Shown here piece by piece: positions 37,334 through 50,308 of a stretch of DNA of 64,000 nucleotides. The notes under the pieces were generated by a model. It made no database searches. It was given only the letters and a program-made list of their open reading frames with translations, and was not told the origin of the DNA. Origin of the DNA: Podarcis filfolensis (Eukaryota); NCBI GenBank assembly GCA_964270895.1, contig OZ185440.1. One strand, written 5' to 3'. A program made the position numbers and the translations under genes. How positions within the stretch are numbered: position 1 is the first letter of the stretch; each line of letters starts with the position of its first letter.

Positions 37334-39873
37334 GTACTGAGGATTTGATTCTTCCAGACACTCTCTTGCTTACCTACCTTTTGAGTGCTTCTCTCAACCT
37401 GTTAGGAACAGGTTGATCTAAAACGGATCCCAAACCTTTTCCTTGATCTTTATACTACTATGTGGTACAGTAGAATGCAGAAAAAGGGCAATGGAAAGAT
37501 AATAAGCCATGAATAGGGTAGGTTAATTGGTGGGAGAGGTTGTGGATAGTCTGCTGCTGTCAGTTCTCAGCCACATTTAGTAATCTTGCCTTCATAAAAC
37601 CTACTTCAATAAAATTCTGATTGGAATGAATATTTTTTCATGGAAGTGACTTTTTCACAGATGTGACTTCTTTAGGATTAGCATTTATGCCTAGGTATGT
37701 GCATACCTTAAATTATCATTCCAGCTTACTTTTACCAAAATGTTTGACTTAGTTTATGACGGATCCTTGTGTGTTCACACTCTGCTTCTTTTTCTCTGTA
37801 CCCCACACTCCCCATTCAGTGGCAGGATATTCTTAGAGTCATGTGAACAGATTGGCTCATGGCTGTTTGTATGTCCACTTGTAACTGCAAGCATACTTAA
37901 TCTTGTGGCCAACCCTATTGGAAGGTGCTCCTCTGAGTATGAACCATCCTCCTTCAGTTGTGTACATACTTTACTGATACTGTTCATGTTTTTTTTTCTA
38001 TCTCCAGCTTTGCAAGTAAGCCAGTGTAGTGCTGGCATTGTGTAGTACTAGCAGGCTTTGGGGGCAGCCCAATGAATCACATCTTACAAACACTGCACTG
38101 TCACTTGCCTTGAAAACTGACCAGCTGTAACAATTGTTACCATGTCACTGTGGATTCTTTCTGCTCACACAAAGTCCTAAAGGTGATCTTGCATTCTCAC
38201 AGCAGTGTTACCCTTTGGCGCTGACTCAAATACACACATGGGTGCCACATTGTGAAGGTACTCCACATATTTGCTGCCTTTCCTTCAAATCAGGGATTAA
38301 GTAGCCCCAAATTAGAAGCACTAGCTACCCTGCCTGGCCAGGTATTTGGAGGTAACAAAGAGTACATGCCAGAGTTCACCTTTGGCTTACTGTGTGTTTG
38401 CCCATGTTCACACAGTGCAGCTCTGTTTTGGTGGTCTTACTAAATGTGCTGCATGTAAAGAAAAATAGGAACACATGCACTACAGGGATTTTTTTTGTGT
38501 CCGTTTCATAGGCATATATGTGCATATAATTTTTATGTAGCATTTGCATGTGTTTGTGTATGGATTTAAGTGCTTACAATTTACCTTTCAAAACAAACTT
38601 AAGAGAAAACTTTAGTAACCTCAGATACTAAATAAGGCAATGAGCCCAGACTCATACGGAGATCGCCTCTCGTCTAAGTTGTAAATTTCAGCGTGAAAGC
38701 TGTAAAAAATTGCTGTGTCTGATACTTTAGTAGTGAGCACTGTAAATCCATTACCTGAATAACAGCCGTTTCTCATGCAGTTAAGCCACTGTTCCCCTGA
38801 TCTGAAGGGTAATCATGCATGTCATGCTTCTCAGAGTCACCCCTGCTGAATGAAAGAGACACAGTTCTCCCCCTCCTTCAGAGGGGCGTGTGTGGCTGTA
38901 GCAAGGCTGTCTTCGTGGTGCCTTGGGGCTTGGCACTGCAATTAGTTTAACAGTATTGTGGGCTCTAGTAAACAGATGTGTGCTCACTCATTGCCCAGGT
39001 AAAGTATTATGCAGTACTCACTGAGTAGCATGAACCTGGTGGTGTTTGGCCTAAGCCACTGTGGGAACGTGTAAAAGCGATTGCTCCTGATGTAAAGCTA
39101 TTGCTTTGTCAGGATGTACAATGTGTGTGGGGGACATTTACAGCCAAATTCTCAAGTAATTCATCCCCTCTGCCCCCAATGTGTAAGACTGCTTTTTTTA
39201 AAAAAACAACAACAAACCACACAAAACTTTTTCTATTGCAGTGGTTTTACTATTGGAGGAGAGAATGACACATGGACTCTGGACCAAATAAGCCTGTTTT
39301 CCTGAAATAATGCCCTGCTGCCCTACATCTGATGCCATATGTGACATCAGTTGTGGGGCAAGGAGAGATGTGGCTAGATAGGCTGCATGACTCAGTTCCC
39401 CATGGGGAGCTTGATCGCACAGGGCTTGCAAAGCGCTATATGCGGCACTTCACAAGCTCCCAATAGACAGCTGACTATCAGGCATTTGAGCAGCGGTGCA
39501 CAAAGCACTTTGCAAGCCTTCCGTTCAGTGGTGAGCATAGGACTGACACAGCCCCTTGTGCTGCAGTTCCCAAGTGCTTGATAACCAGCTGGTTGACAGT
39601 CACTTAGGATGTTCTGTGCAAGGGACTTGATGGGCGAGCAGGACAACCTACCTGGCAATCATCTGACATCAACAATGTGGGGGTTATAATACCGTGTGGT
39701 TTGGCTTGATGTACTATTTATGCCACTGGTTTGAGACTTGCCATGTGCCACAGAGTGGCAACTAATACTATATCTTCATTTTTACTGCATTTGCTTGTCC
39801 AAAGGCAGATATGATAACCTGTCTTGCTCTGTGGCAGAACTCTCTTGAAGAGATGGCTGTGGAAAATGTTGTA

Positions 39874-40115
39874 CAGTGGTACCTCTGGTTACGCACTTAA
39901 TTCGTTCCGGAGGTCCGTTCTTAACCTGAATCTGTTCTTAACCTGAGGTACCACTTTAGATAATGGGGCCTTCCGCTGCCACTGCACTGCTGGCTCACAA
40001 TTTCTGTTCTCATCCTGAGGTAAAGTTCTTAACCCGAGGTACTACTTCTGGGTTAGCGGAGTCTGTAACCTGAAGTGTTTGTAACCTGAAGCGTTTGTAA
40101 CCCGAGGTACCACTG
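39874..40115 (-). mobile_element. Tc1/mariner (Tigger-like) MITE, 242 bp, same family as 9404-9645, opposite orientation
   Basis: Same TIRs and TA TSD (39872-39873, 40116-40117). The reverse complement aligns end to end with 9404-9645, about 90% identity by eye. Confidence 0.92.
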
Positions 40116-40140
40116 TACTACAATTGATCAGCCATGTTGA

Positions 40141-40216
40141 GACTCCTGTATTGCTGGAGGGTTGGACTAGAAGACCCTCCGGGTCCCTTGCAACAATACA
40201 GTTCTATGATTCTATG
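40141..40216 (+). mobile_element. 3' fragment of CR1-tailed SINE/CR1
   Basis: ctcctgtattgctggagggttggactagaagacc...ttctatgattctatg. Confidence 0.7.
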
Positions 40217-42657
40217 TGGACTTTTCTGAGATGAACCTGAGGAGGATCTTGCAGGAATCAAGTATCCCCCAAACCTATGGTTCTTTCTGATAAGGCAATA
40301 TGAATGATCAGCTACTGTTTTTTATGTGCATGGTTCCATAGGATTTCCCTCAAAAAGCACTCAAGGGAAGGTAGACATTTGGGAACCTGTTCTCTTCCAT
40401 TCTAGGTCTCAGAAATGGAACATAGAAGTACCGTACTAACTTGAATCTCTTGTTCTAACTGCAAGGACATTTTGTCTACCTTGCCAAACAATGTACAGAA
40501 TCTGCTGCAACAGACTTAGATGTCCATAGCCATATCTCACTATGTAGAGAGGCTGCCTTGCTTCCAGTAGAACATGCCTAGGAAGTAAAGGAGAAGGAGG
40601 TTGTTTTTAAATTGCAATACCTTGTGGAGATGTGTCATTTTGGTCAGTTTTCCGAGTGCTCCCATATACCTGCCTTAGGGCAATATATATTTGCTTATAT
40701 TTTTATAATTTACACATGCACACAGCATTTAAGCTTTTTCAAGTACCCCAAGGGTCTGACCAAAAATGACAAATCCCCACCTGCTGCAATTTAAATGAAC
40801 TTCCTTGCGCCAGCTCCTTCCTGGGCACCTTCTACTGGAGGCAAGTCACTTTATAGTGGGATGTACCAATGAATATAGTAGTAAAGGGGAGCAACTGTAT
40901 TTCTTGTGCTCTTTTCTTCACCAGGAATGAAAGAGCTTAGGTGTGAAGTAACTGAAAGGAGGTTATTTTTTTGGGGGGGGAGTGAAGAATCATTATCCCA
41001 AGTAATGTTTGCCTTTCTTCCATGCCCTGCCCCCTCAGCACTGCATATAATTAACCTGTAGAATTCACCAGTGTGAGACGGTATTTAAAGGCAAAGGAGA
41101 CTTCTGAACGCAGATGGCATCTGCAGTGACAGTAGCTCAGATGAGAACCATTGGTGCCATCAATCTTCATGCTTCAGGGAACAAGCTGAGCAGCAGCTGG
41201 GGTCAGTAATAAATGTCCCCATATATAGAGTTTTGCACAATTAGGTGCTTCATGAAGGATTTACACCTTCTCCAGTAGCATCCTATATCTGCCCCTGTTT
41301 AAAGAGGCTTCTGAGCCATTGGTCTGTTCCTGTCTGACAACTTCTGTCTCTTCCTTGTGCTTCAGATCCCAAATGCGCCATCTCTCACTTCCTCTTTAAA
41401 AACGAAACAGAACAAAACCCAGGACTAATTCTCAGGAGGAGGACTAGAAAAATAATAAGTGGACTGTAAATAAAAGGCTGGGGGGCGGGGAAGAGATATT
41501 GGTGAACATATTACACAACCAGTTAGTAAAATTCCTGCCACAAGAAGAGTTAAGGGCTAGAATGTAACAAAACTGGTCATGAAGAACTACTTCTAGAGGG
41601 CAAATGGCTAATGCCATCAAATATGGAAAGACAGATCAAAACTTGCTGCTTCAGAATAATAGCTAGTCTTTGTTAGGGCGATTTTGGACATGTATTTTCT
41701 GTGTCAAAAGCCATTTGTATATATAAAGCTCAACACATACACACACACACACCTCCTGCTTTATCCTGTGTTATGGGTATTTGTTGAAACTACTTATATA
41801 ATACAGTGTGTTTGTATATGTGGTGTTCAGCACTACACATTTCAGAACAGTTGCTTTTGACATGCTAGATGCATTTTGTTTGCTCTGGGTGATAGCATTC
41901 TCTAATTCACCTGCGTTCATGAATCATCTCCCAAAGTTTGAGTATGGACATCCTGGATCTGATCATGTTTGATGAACGCAGACTAGTAGGTGGACTTTAA
42001 TAAGTATGTCTAGACAGTGCTTGCTTCTAGGATTTTATATGATTCAGTGCTGTCTGTATAGAAATTCTACAGTTCCATCCACATGCTTTTTATGGAGTTC
42101 ATTGTGGGATTAACTGAGCTGCTTTTGTTTTTCTGGAGATGTCTGGGGCAAAAATATAATAGCCCTTTTCCAGAATACTTCTGGCTGTGTGCCCCCCCCC
42201 CCACCCCAGGCCTATTTGAAACAAACTCTCTCAGCCTTTCCCTCCAAGTTGTGTAGTCTCTGGCTTGCACTATGAGCTAGGTGCCTTCTCAATGCTGTAT
42301 TCTAATCCTTCGGCAAAGGAGGTAATGATTTTGAATGCTGATTCCTATGCAAGTGTCATTGGGTTACTGCAAAACGACCAAACACCTAGAACAACATAAG
42401 CCTTTGCTGATTGTACTCCACATGGAAGGCAGTAGCACATCGGCCATTTTCAAAGTGATTTGCCCAAACAACAATAAGGCTCAAGAGTAGGGATTATAAC
42501 TATCAGATTCCTGGTTTTGAGGCCTCTGCTTGGTCAATTCAAGGATTTTTTGTTCTCTTAAGGTTGGTATATTTTATAAAGTAGCTGCAACCCAGGACCC
42601 TGCTAATGTTGCTTCACTGAAGAGATCTGTTCATGGTACACATACTGTAAGAACACA

Positions 42658-44173
42658 AATTTGAAGCTTTCCTTGTTGGGTCGAATTGCAGCTATAAAGA
42701 TGAATGTATTGCCAAAAATGTTATTTCTGTTTCAATCATTGCAAATTTTGGACAAGATGGACTGTTTCAAGAAGTGGCAGAGAGACATTTCTAGATTTGT
42801 CTGGCAGGGCAAGAAGCACAGAATAAAATTTAAAATATTAACTGATGCAAAGGAAAGAGGCGGATTTGCCCTGCCAGACCTTAAACTTTACTGTGAATCA
42901 GCAGCATTCTGCTGGTTGAAAGACTGGCTGCTTCTTGAGAACACGGACATTTTGGACTTAGAAGGTTTTAATAATGTTTTTGGGTGGCATGCATATTTGT
43001 GGTACGACAAGGTTAAAGCACATAAAGCATTTAAAAACCATATTGTCAGGAAAGCATTGTTCAATGTCTGGATAAGATACAAAGACTTACTGGAAAATAA
43101 AACCCCAAGGTGGTTGTCACCAATGGAAGCGAAGGCTCAGAAAAAGCTCAATATGGAGGCCAAATGGCCGAAATATTGGGAAATATTGGAACAAGAAGGA
43201 GATAAATTGAAATTGCAGAGTTTTGAGAAATTAAAAGATAAAGTGCGAGACTGGCTTCATTATTACCAAATAAGAGAGGCCTATAATTTGGACAAAAAAA
43301 TTGGCTTCCAGGTGGAAAAATCAAAATTGGAAACAGAATTGTTAGATCCCAAAACTAAGATACTTTCAAGAATGTATAACTTGCTGTTAAAATGCAGGAA
43401 ACGGTTAAATCTGCTATGATTAAATGGGCACAAGATGTTGGACATAACATTATGTTTGCTGACATAAATATACCTTTCTGAAGAAACCAGAGGCCTTTCT
43501 CCTGGGCATAGTCGGCCAATTGGTGCCAAAGAAGGATAGAACTTTCTTCATGTATGCAACTACAGCAGCAAGAATACTCATTGCAAAGTATTGGAAGACA
43601 CAAGATTTACCCACCCTGGAAGAGTGGCAGATGAAGGTGATGGACTATATGGAATTGGCGGAAATGACTGGCAGAATCCGAGACCTGGGAGAAGAGTTGG
43701 TGGAAGAAGATAGGAAGAAATTTAAAGACTATCTGCAGAAACACTGTAAAATTAATGAATGTTAAAAATGATGTTGGATTGAAAATAAGTGGCATTAGCA
43801 ACAAAGTTAATGAGGATATGCAAAAATGAATTGATAATGGATGAAAATATAGAGTTATAATATGTTAAGATATAAAGATAAATGAAAGAGGGTAAGGATT
43901 TGCTGATTTGATTATTTAAATGGGAATACAAAAAGGGGAGGTGTGAGGAGGTCAAGGAAACAAGCTAATGAGTTTAAAGTTACAAAAAATGGATTTGTTT
44001 TTAATTCTTTTTTATCTATCCGTTTTTTGTATTTTGTATTTTTATTTTTATTTTTTCTTTGTTATGTATTTTTGTATGTTTTCTTTTTTCTTTTTTTTCT
44101 TTTCATATGTTTTTTTTTGTATTCTGTAAACCTATGTTTTTGTAAAATTTCAATAAATATTTTATAAAAAAAA
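42658..44173 (+). mobile_element. 5'-truncated L1-clade LINE (ORF2 C-terminal part, 3'UTR, polyA)
   Basis: ORF 42661-43419 (GRIAAIKMNVLPKMLFLFQ...KERGGFALPDLKLY) is typical post-RT L1 ORF2. ORF 43520-43765 ends with YATTAARILIAKYWK...EEWQMK. AATAAA at 44152-44157, then an A tail. TSD AAGAACACA at 42649-42657 and 44174-44182. Confidence 0.92.
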
Positions 44174-45519
44174 AAGAACACATTTTGAGGATCACAGTAG
44201 AGGATTTTGTTGTGGTTATTCCAGCTGCTGTGCAGGTATAACATGTTCTCTCCACCTCTTCCCATCAGACAAAGTGCCCAACTCCTGAGCTTTTGGTAAA
44301 CAAGGCCTGGAAACGTGAGCTGGGCTGTGGAGTAATGAGGTGACAGAAGGAGAGGGAGATAAACAGAGAGAGTCAGAAGTCAGGCATCTGACAGGAGTTT
44401 AGACTGAAACAAACAGCACTGGCAAGAGAGCGCTCGTCACTTCTGAACAAGACGGAGTGTCTGTTTCCATGCAACGGGCAGAGCTGAAGAGCTTGTTTAA
44501 ATAGAGATGAAAGGAACAAGGAGGCTGTGTGACCTGCAGCCGGCGTATGGTCCTGAGGCTAGAAGAAGGGAGGAGGATGTTAGGAAGAGAGGAGTTGCTG
44601 AACTTGAATTCAGGATGGTTGAAGAAAGAAATCTGGGATGGCCCTTGAGTGCTGCATGCAGATGTGTTGGAAAGTTCAGTGGTTCCTGGAGCTATTTCTT
44701 TTATGTATCGCAAAAAGGTCTCCATTTATCAGAGGGCAAAGCAGAAGCTCCAGCATATGATTTGGCAGCTGGGTATCAAGTCTGAGCTCTGACAGGCAAA
44801 CTTGGTTATTGCTAGATGTCTGAAGTAATAACTTATGAAACAAAGATTTGACCTTGTAGATTTCATTTGTTTTGTTATACATGGCTAACTCCCAAACTTT
44901 GACCTGTTACCTAATAGATCATATTGCCCCTGCGGGAACCTTTTTCCATACAAAGGGAAAAAAATCACACATAAAGTGCTACAGTAACCTAAACGCCCAG
45001 TCATGCTTCTATATCCTTTGAAAGTTGGTCAATTAATCAAACCTCCCAGCCCTATGTTCCCAGTGTTTGTGGGTATTGCAGCTCTTTTGGGTTCCTGTCT
45101 TTCCCCCCACCTCCAAGTAACCTTTCTCCTGTGGAGCTTGCCCTTTCCAATTTGATACAAGGCAAACTCTGAGAAAACACTAAACACTGTGTGCTGCTGT
45201 CAGGAAAACAGAACAGCCATGTTATAGCTTCATTTACTTTCCTTCCTTTTTCTCTGTAATGTGTCCAGTCTTTAATTCAATTGTGAGCCTGTACCCAGGG
45301 ACTTAAAAGAAAAGTCATTCTGCAGCACCTACTTGTTGTTGTTGTTTTGTATAAACAACAACAACAACCCAGCAATAACAATATTGTCATATTTTGCTTC
45401 TGTCTCTGTAAGCACACTGATACTGTTGCATTGAAATATACATATTATCTTCATGCAGAAGCACTAATGCTTTTTTAACAGTCCTTATCACATTTGTTGC
45501 ACAACTTTATGCAGAGAAT

Positions 45520-45588
45520 GCATTGCAGGCGGTTGGACTAGATGACCCATGGGATCCCTTCAAACTCTACAGTTCTGTGATTCTGTGA
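45520..45588 (+). mobile_element. 3' fragment of CR1-tailed SINE/CR1
   Basis: gcattgcaggcggttggactagatgacccatgggatcccttcaaactctacagttctgtgattctgtga. Confidence 0.72.
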
Positions 45589-45639
45589 CTCACGTGCAAT
45601 TTGTACACATACAGTAAGGCAAAGATAGTCAATGTATTA

Positions 45640-45745
45640 CTATCCAGATGTTGAACTACAACTCTTACCATCCCTGACCATTGGCCATGTTGGCTTGGGC
45701 TGATGGGAGCTGCGAGTCCAAAAACTTCTGGAGAGTACCATGTTG
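45640..45745. mobile_element. Palindromic non-autonomous DNA-transposon remnant (hAT-like MITE); second copy near 35555-35677
   Basis: ccagatgttgaactacaactc...gggagctgcgagtccaaaaacttctgg internal inverted symmetry. The same motif ...gttgtagtccaaacacatctggagg is at 35630-35660. Confidence 0.55.
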
Positions 45746-47393
45746 GCTGTACTGGCATAAAGAAGTGTTGTGTGTGATAATGCTTCTGTGTGTAGTCATG
45801 CCATAGATAAAGACTTTTCAGATGCCTACAAAAGCAATCTGGTCACCAATGAACTGCTTGTGGAGATGGAAACAGCAGTAGGAAGAACTGAAATCCTGAT
45901 AATAAAACTAGCTGTGATGGAGGTGATCAAAGCCATGGTAATTAATTCTCTTAAAATATGCCAGGCTTCATCTGCCCAGCTTCAAGCTTGTTATTACCCA
46001 TAACATTGCTATTTTTTCTTTTTTCAAATTATGGGTACAAGTCTTCATAGGGCGTGTTTTGGAACAGGTTGCCAGAATAGGAAATATCAACCCACGTATC
46101 CGTAAAACTTTCCTAGTGCAGTCAATATGGGCATATGTGTTGCGGCTGTGACCTGATCAATGTCTTCTTTTGGGAGATGGAAGGGTGGGGGGGTTGTGAT
46201 CCATTTGAGCTCTCTGTATGATCCAGTAAAACAGCAATTTAAGAATCAGTAAAATTCTGTGGGTCAAGCGCCCTTGATTCTAGGTAGCCTGGATCTTGAA
46301 ATGTGGCTCCAGCAAAATGCTCTGTGGTGCCTTGTTCATTCTGAAATGTGTTCATTTTCAAAGCAGTCTTGGGAGTGTCTATTTATATTCCCACTCATGC
46401 TTTAGCTCAGAAGGGTCTGTATATCTGTAGTCTGAAAGCTGCTTTAGCCTACAGTAAACACGCAGTTGCTGTATTGTAATTTTGCTGCTCTGAACGTGCA
46501 CTGGGGGAATGGGGAGAACAACTCCCACCTCCTTCCAAGGAGTAGACTATTAGAAACAACTTCCAGTGAGGTTTCCGCAGACTCTTTCTGAAGAGAGTGG
46601 AAAGAATGGAGGGATCACTTCCCATCTTTCTCTAGCAAATTTGATGGTGTTAGGGGGAAATCCTTAGGTTTCAATGGTGGGGCCCAGCTGAAAAACATCC
46701 TGGGATTCAATAGCGCGCGCTTACATTGTGGCAAGGGTCATAGAAGGGGAAAGGTCAGCCAGGGTCATGGGAGGGTTGCCTAGCATCTGGGAACTCCCAC
46801 AGTGGTTGCTGTGGGAACATCAAGAGACCTCCAGTGTGTTAACATCCTGTAACGAGATTCAAAAGAGCTCTAGTCTTTGCACATTAATGAGTTTTTAACT
46901 TGGGCTAAGTCCTCCCCACCAGAACCCCACCTTTCCAAGTTCAGATCCTCTTTAATCCTTGGAAAGAGGGAGCATTACAGAGACTGGAAAGCAAGAGACC
47001 AAGGCAGTGTGATGGGGAAAAAACACCCCTCCAACCTACTTGGTAAGACAGGATTGAGGAGGGGAAGAAGAATCCTCTGAGCCATACTGCACATTGACTG
47101 CTCTTGACTTCCTCGGGAGCCACTGCTGAGAACATCTGGAGAAGAGATTAACCCTTTGGGGGCCTTATTGCTTTTCTCCCACTTGCGTGATTATATTCAC
47201 GGTCTGGTGGCTACAGCAGCAGCTCTCCAGGATCTCAGGCAGAGGTCCCATTACCTGATACCGAAACCCTAAAGGAAAGGTCGACGAGGCCCAGTATTGC
47301 ATCTGGGAACCTTGCGTATGAAAAGATTGTGCTCCACTACTCACTATACACACTTTGCCCTAACAAAATCCTACAGTTGTTACATTAAAAAGT

Positions 47394-47538
47394 CAAAACA
47401 AAAAATTTTTTTTTCTTCCAGTAGCACCTTAAAGACCAACTAAGTTAGTTCTTGGTATGAGCTTTCGTGTGCATGCACACTTCTTCAGATAATTTTGTTT
47501 TGTTTTGACTATGGCAGACCAACACGGCTACCTATCTG
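47394..47538. mobile_element. PLE insertion with internal inversion: hammerhead segment on - strand (47394-47490), 3' end on + strand (47491-47538)
   Basis: 13-bp TSD TACATTAAAAAGT (47381-47393, 47539-47551). Near-identical to 23605-23699 over about 70 bp. gtcaaaacaaaaaatt at the left end is an inverted copy of aattttgttttg..ttttgac at the inner junction. Confidence 0.8.
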
Positions 47539-50274
47539 TACATTAAAAAGTGTAGTCTAAACCAGTGGTTGCCAACTGTCAGCCCATGGGCTTCATTTAT
47601 TGCCTTCTTGACCCTTTGCAACTTTCTCCCAAAACAAAGTTGTTGTTTGCATATGGCATACTTCTCCATTAATTGTGTATCAGATCTCGTCTAGTATTTG
47701 TGCTGCCTCATCATTTAAAAAAACACCAACCTATTATTTATTTATTTATATAATTAAATTATAAACCACCCTATACCCGCAGGTCTCAGGGTGGTTAACA
47801 GGATTAAATCAGAATATAAAACCACAAAATCTGTAATCCAAATTCAAAAAACAACCCAATATAGACCATCAAATTTTAAGATTCATAAGCATTTCCCTTT
47901 CCCTCAGTGCTTCCATAATAGCAGTGTCAAAGTTGGCTAGATTAAATGAGTGAGAGCATGGGGTAGAGTTGAACATTTGAGTGGTGAAAAAAAGACTTAA
48001 TCCATCAATTGGTCAGGTGTTGGCAAAATAACGGTCATTTATTTTTATGGGTGCAGTCCAAACTCACTCCCACAACCACAGCCCTGTTCACATGTGTGTT
48101 TAGTGGGCAGGGTGGGGTGGGTAACACAATCAGGCCTGCACATGCTCTAGACTGGCACAGTGATTAGATGGCAGCTGGTGATGGCTGTAAGACCAATTCG
48201 GGATCCAGCAGATTTTGGTCTGTTTCCACCACACCCCTTGGAATGCCCCATTTTGGGGCTACCCCCTGGCAGGGCTATCACCAGCAGATCTCTTGTCTGT
48301 TCAGAGGCCCACTCACCTGGGAGAGCTGAGCGGAGGGATGCCTCTGCTCGATCTATACCCACACAGCTTGGCATAAGTGGGGGTTGGATTGCTCTGTAAA
48401 GCATTAACTTGATTCCCAAACAGCAAATATATACTCAACAGTTTTGATACTTTCTTTTATAATTTGAGTAGCTGTTTTTCTGAAGCAATAATACTAATGT
48501 TTTTAAAAATTGCAACTTTTTACAATCAATGGCATGCCATAACTTTTAACATTCAGATAGTACTCCAAACCATGGTTTGGGAAATAAGAAATTAGCCATG
48601 TGCTTGCACATTCTCATCTCCCCTTGCATGCAACTTAATACAGTACATTGCTTCCTGGTTTAATCATGCTGTAGTGTTTCACTACATCCAAAATAGCAAG
48701 CAATGGTGTGAAGTGATCCTGGTTTGCCACTGTGGTTCAGTGGCCTTTCTGGCATGCTGTTTGATTAAATAAGAAAGCAATGTATTTAACTGAGATCTTG
48801 AGCGGAGGTAGGAAGAGGCAGTGTGTGAGCATGTGTCTCATTCCCAGTCCTCCAAACCATGACTTGGGATATTATCTGAGAGCAACCAATGTTAGATAAG
48901 ATCTTTATTGATGTTAATTGTTCACTGAAACAAACCTTTTTTGCTTTTATTTTGGAACGCCAAGGTCAGCCTAAAATTCCACTTTAAAACAAATAGATCA
49001 AAATAAAAAAATTCAAGCCAGTTTTTTAAAAAGGAATTGTATACAACGCATAGCAGACCAATTATATGTGTATCGTCAACATCATGGCTTCATGGAATAT
49101 TTGACTGCAGTCAAGTTGGCAGTCATTTGACAGTATTTCGTACTGGCATGCCAACCCTACATAGGAAAGAGAGAGATGTATTCCAGGAATTGCTAGTAAA
49201 AATGAAGTGAGGCAGTAGCCGAAACAAAGACAAGAAAATACCATCTAAAAATTGTATGAGTGTGATGGGGGTGCAGATATGTCTCTTCTCATCGGTGATC
49301 TCACGGGCATCATCCTGTAAGTGTCCTTGACAGTCCCGCCGCAACCTTACGCACAGCAATTAGAAAGCAATGGAAATACTAGTTGGAAGAGAAGAATCTC
49401 ATTTAAAGTGCAATGCTGAAATGAGAGTGGAGTGCTTGGTTTCCCCCAACACAGGCTGGATCTAGAGTGGCTGATGAAAGGTGACTATCAGAAATATAAC
49501 GGCTGGTGGACAAATGAAACTAAACGTTGGCCTTTGTATGACACTTGATGAAAATCTGCTTCTGTCTGAACGAGGAACTTGCTCTTTTCCCACCTCCCAA
49601 TTCTATATAAAGCCCTATAAATCTTCCTCTAAAGTGATGCCAAACAAACTTTCTATATACCGTAATTCAGTAGCTTACAAAAGTAGTAATGGTGTTAGTA
49701 CTAAGATGACGTTATCAGCTTTGATAACTTGTTTGCAGATTTTACTATATTTTATAGCTTTGGATTTAGTTGTCATGAAAATCTGTTTCTCCATTTTAAA
49801 GAATAATGCATAACCATGTTTGTTACTGAAAAAAGCTTGAATATGCTGCTGAAAGGGGGTCTGAAGACTAAAAAATAAATGTTAAAAGCCTCCCAAGGGA
49901 GTGTTTACTATGTTTTCCTTTATCCAAACTCCAAAATACTGTGTGTATACAGAAGTATAAGATATTATTGCTTTCAAAATTTAGGACTTGTGCTGATTAC
50001 AGGGAGTGGAGAATTCTGTAAGTTTTCAAAAATGGTGATCACATGGTATTCAAAAACACCTTGGTACTGGTTGGGCATCCTCTTGCTTTAAGCACCCAAG
50101 GTAAGCCTGCAGGACAGTTTTTGGAACCATTTCTTGACATTCATACATTGCATAAATGTTAAACTGTTAAATGAAAACTAGTCTCTAAGATGAAGCACTT
50201 TCATATTAGGGGAGAGTATGTGACTTGATCGAGGTCCAGAGGGTGGCAACACAAGAACAGACCTTTTTTTGCAG

Positions 50275-50308
<34 letters not shown>
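50275..50308 (+). repeat. (GT)n(AG)n compound microsatellite
   Basis: Read directly from sequence. Confidence 0.95.

Noticed and set aside
37151-37348. ORF-track protein ending QQQQVLRI as a complete 65-aa gene
   Set aside because: The last four codons are read-through into the intron; the real exon ends at the GT at 37334.
49481-49813. 110-aa ORF in unique sequence as a novel exon or microprotein
   Set aside because: Non-ATG start, no homology recognised, no convincing splice sites.
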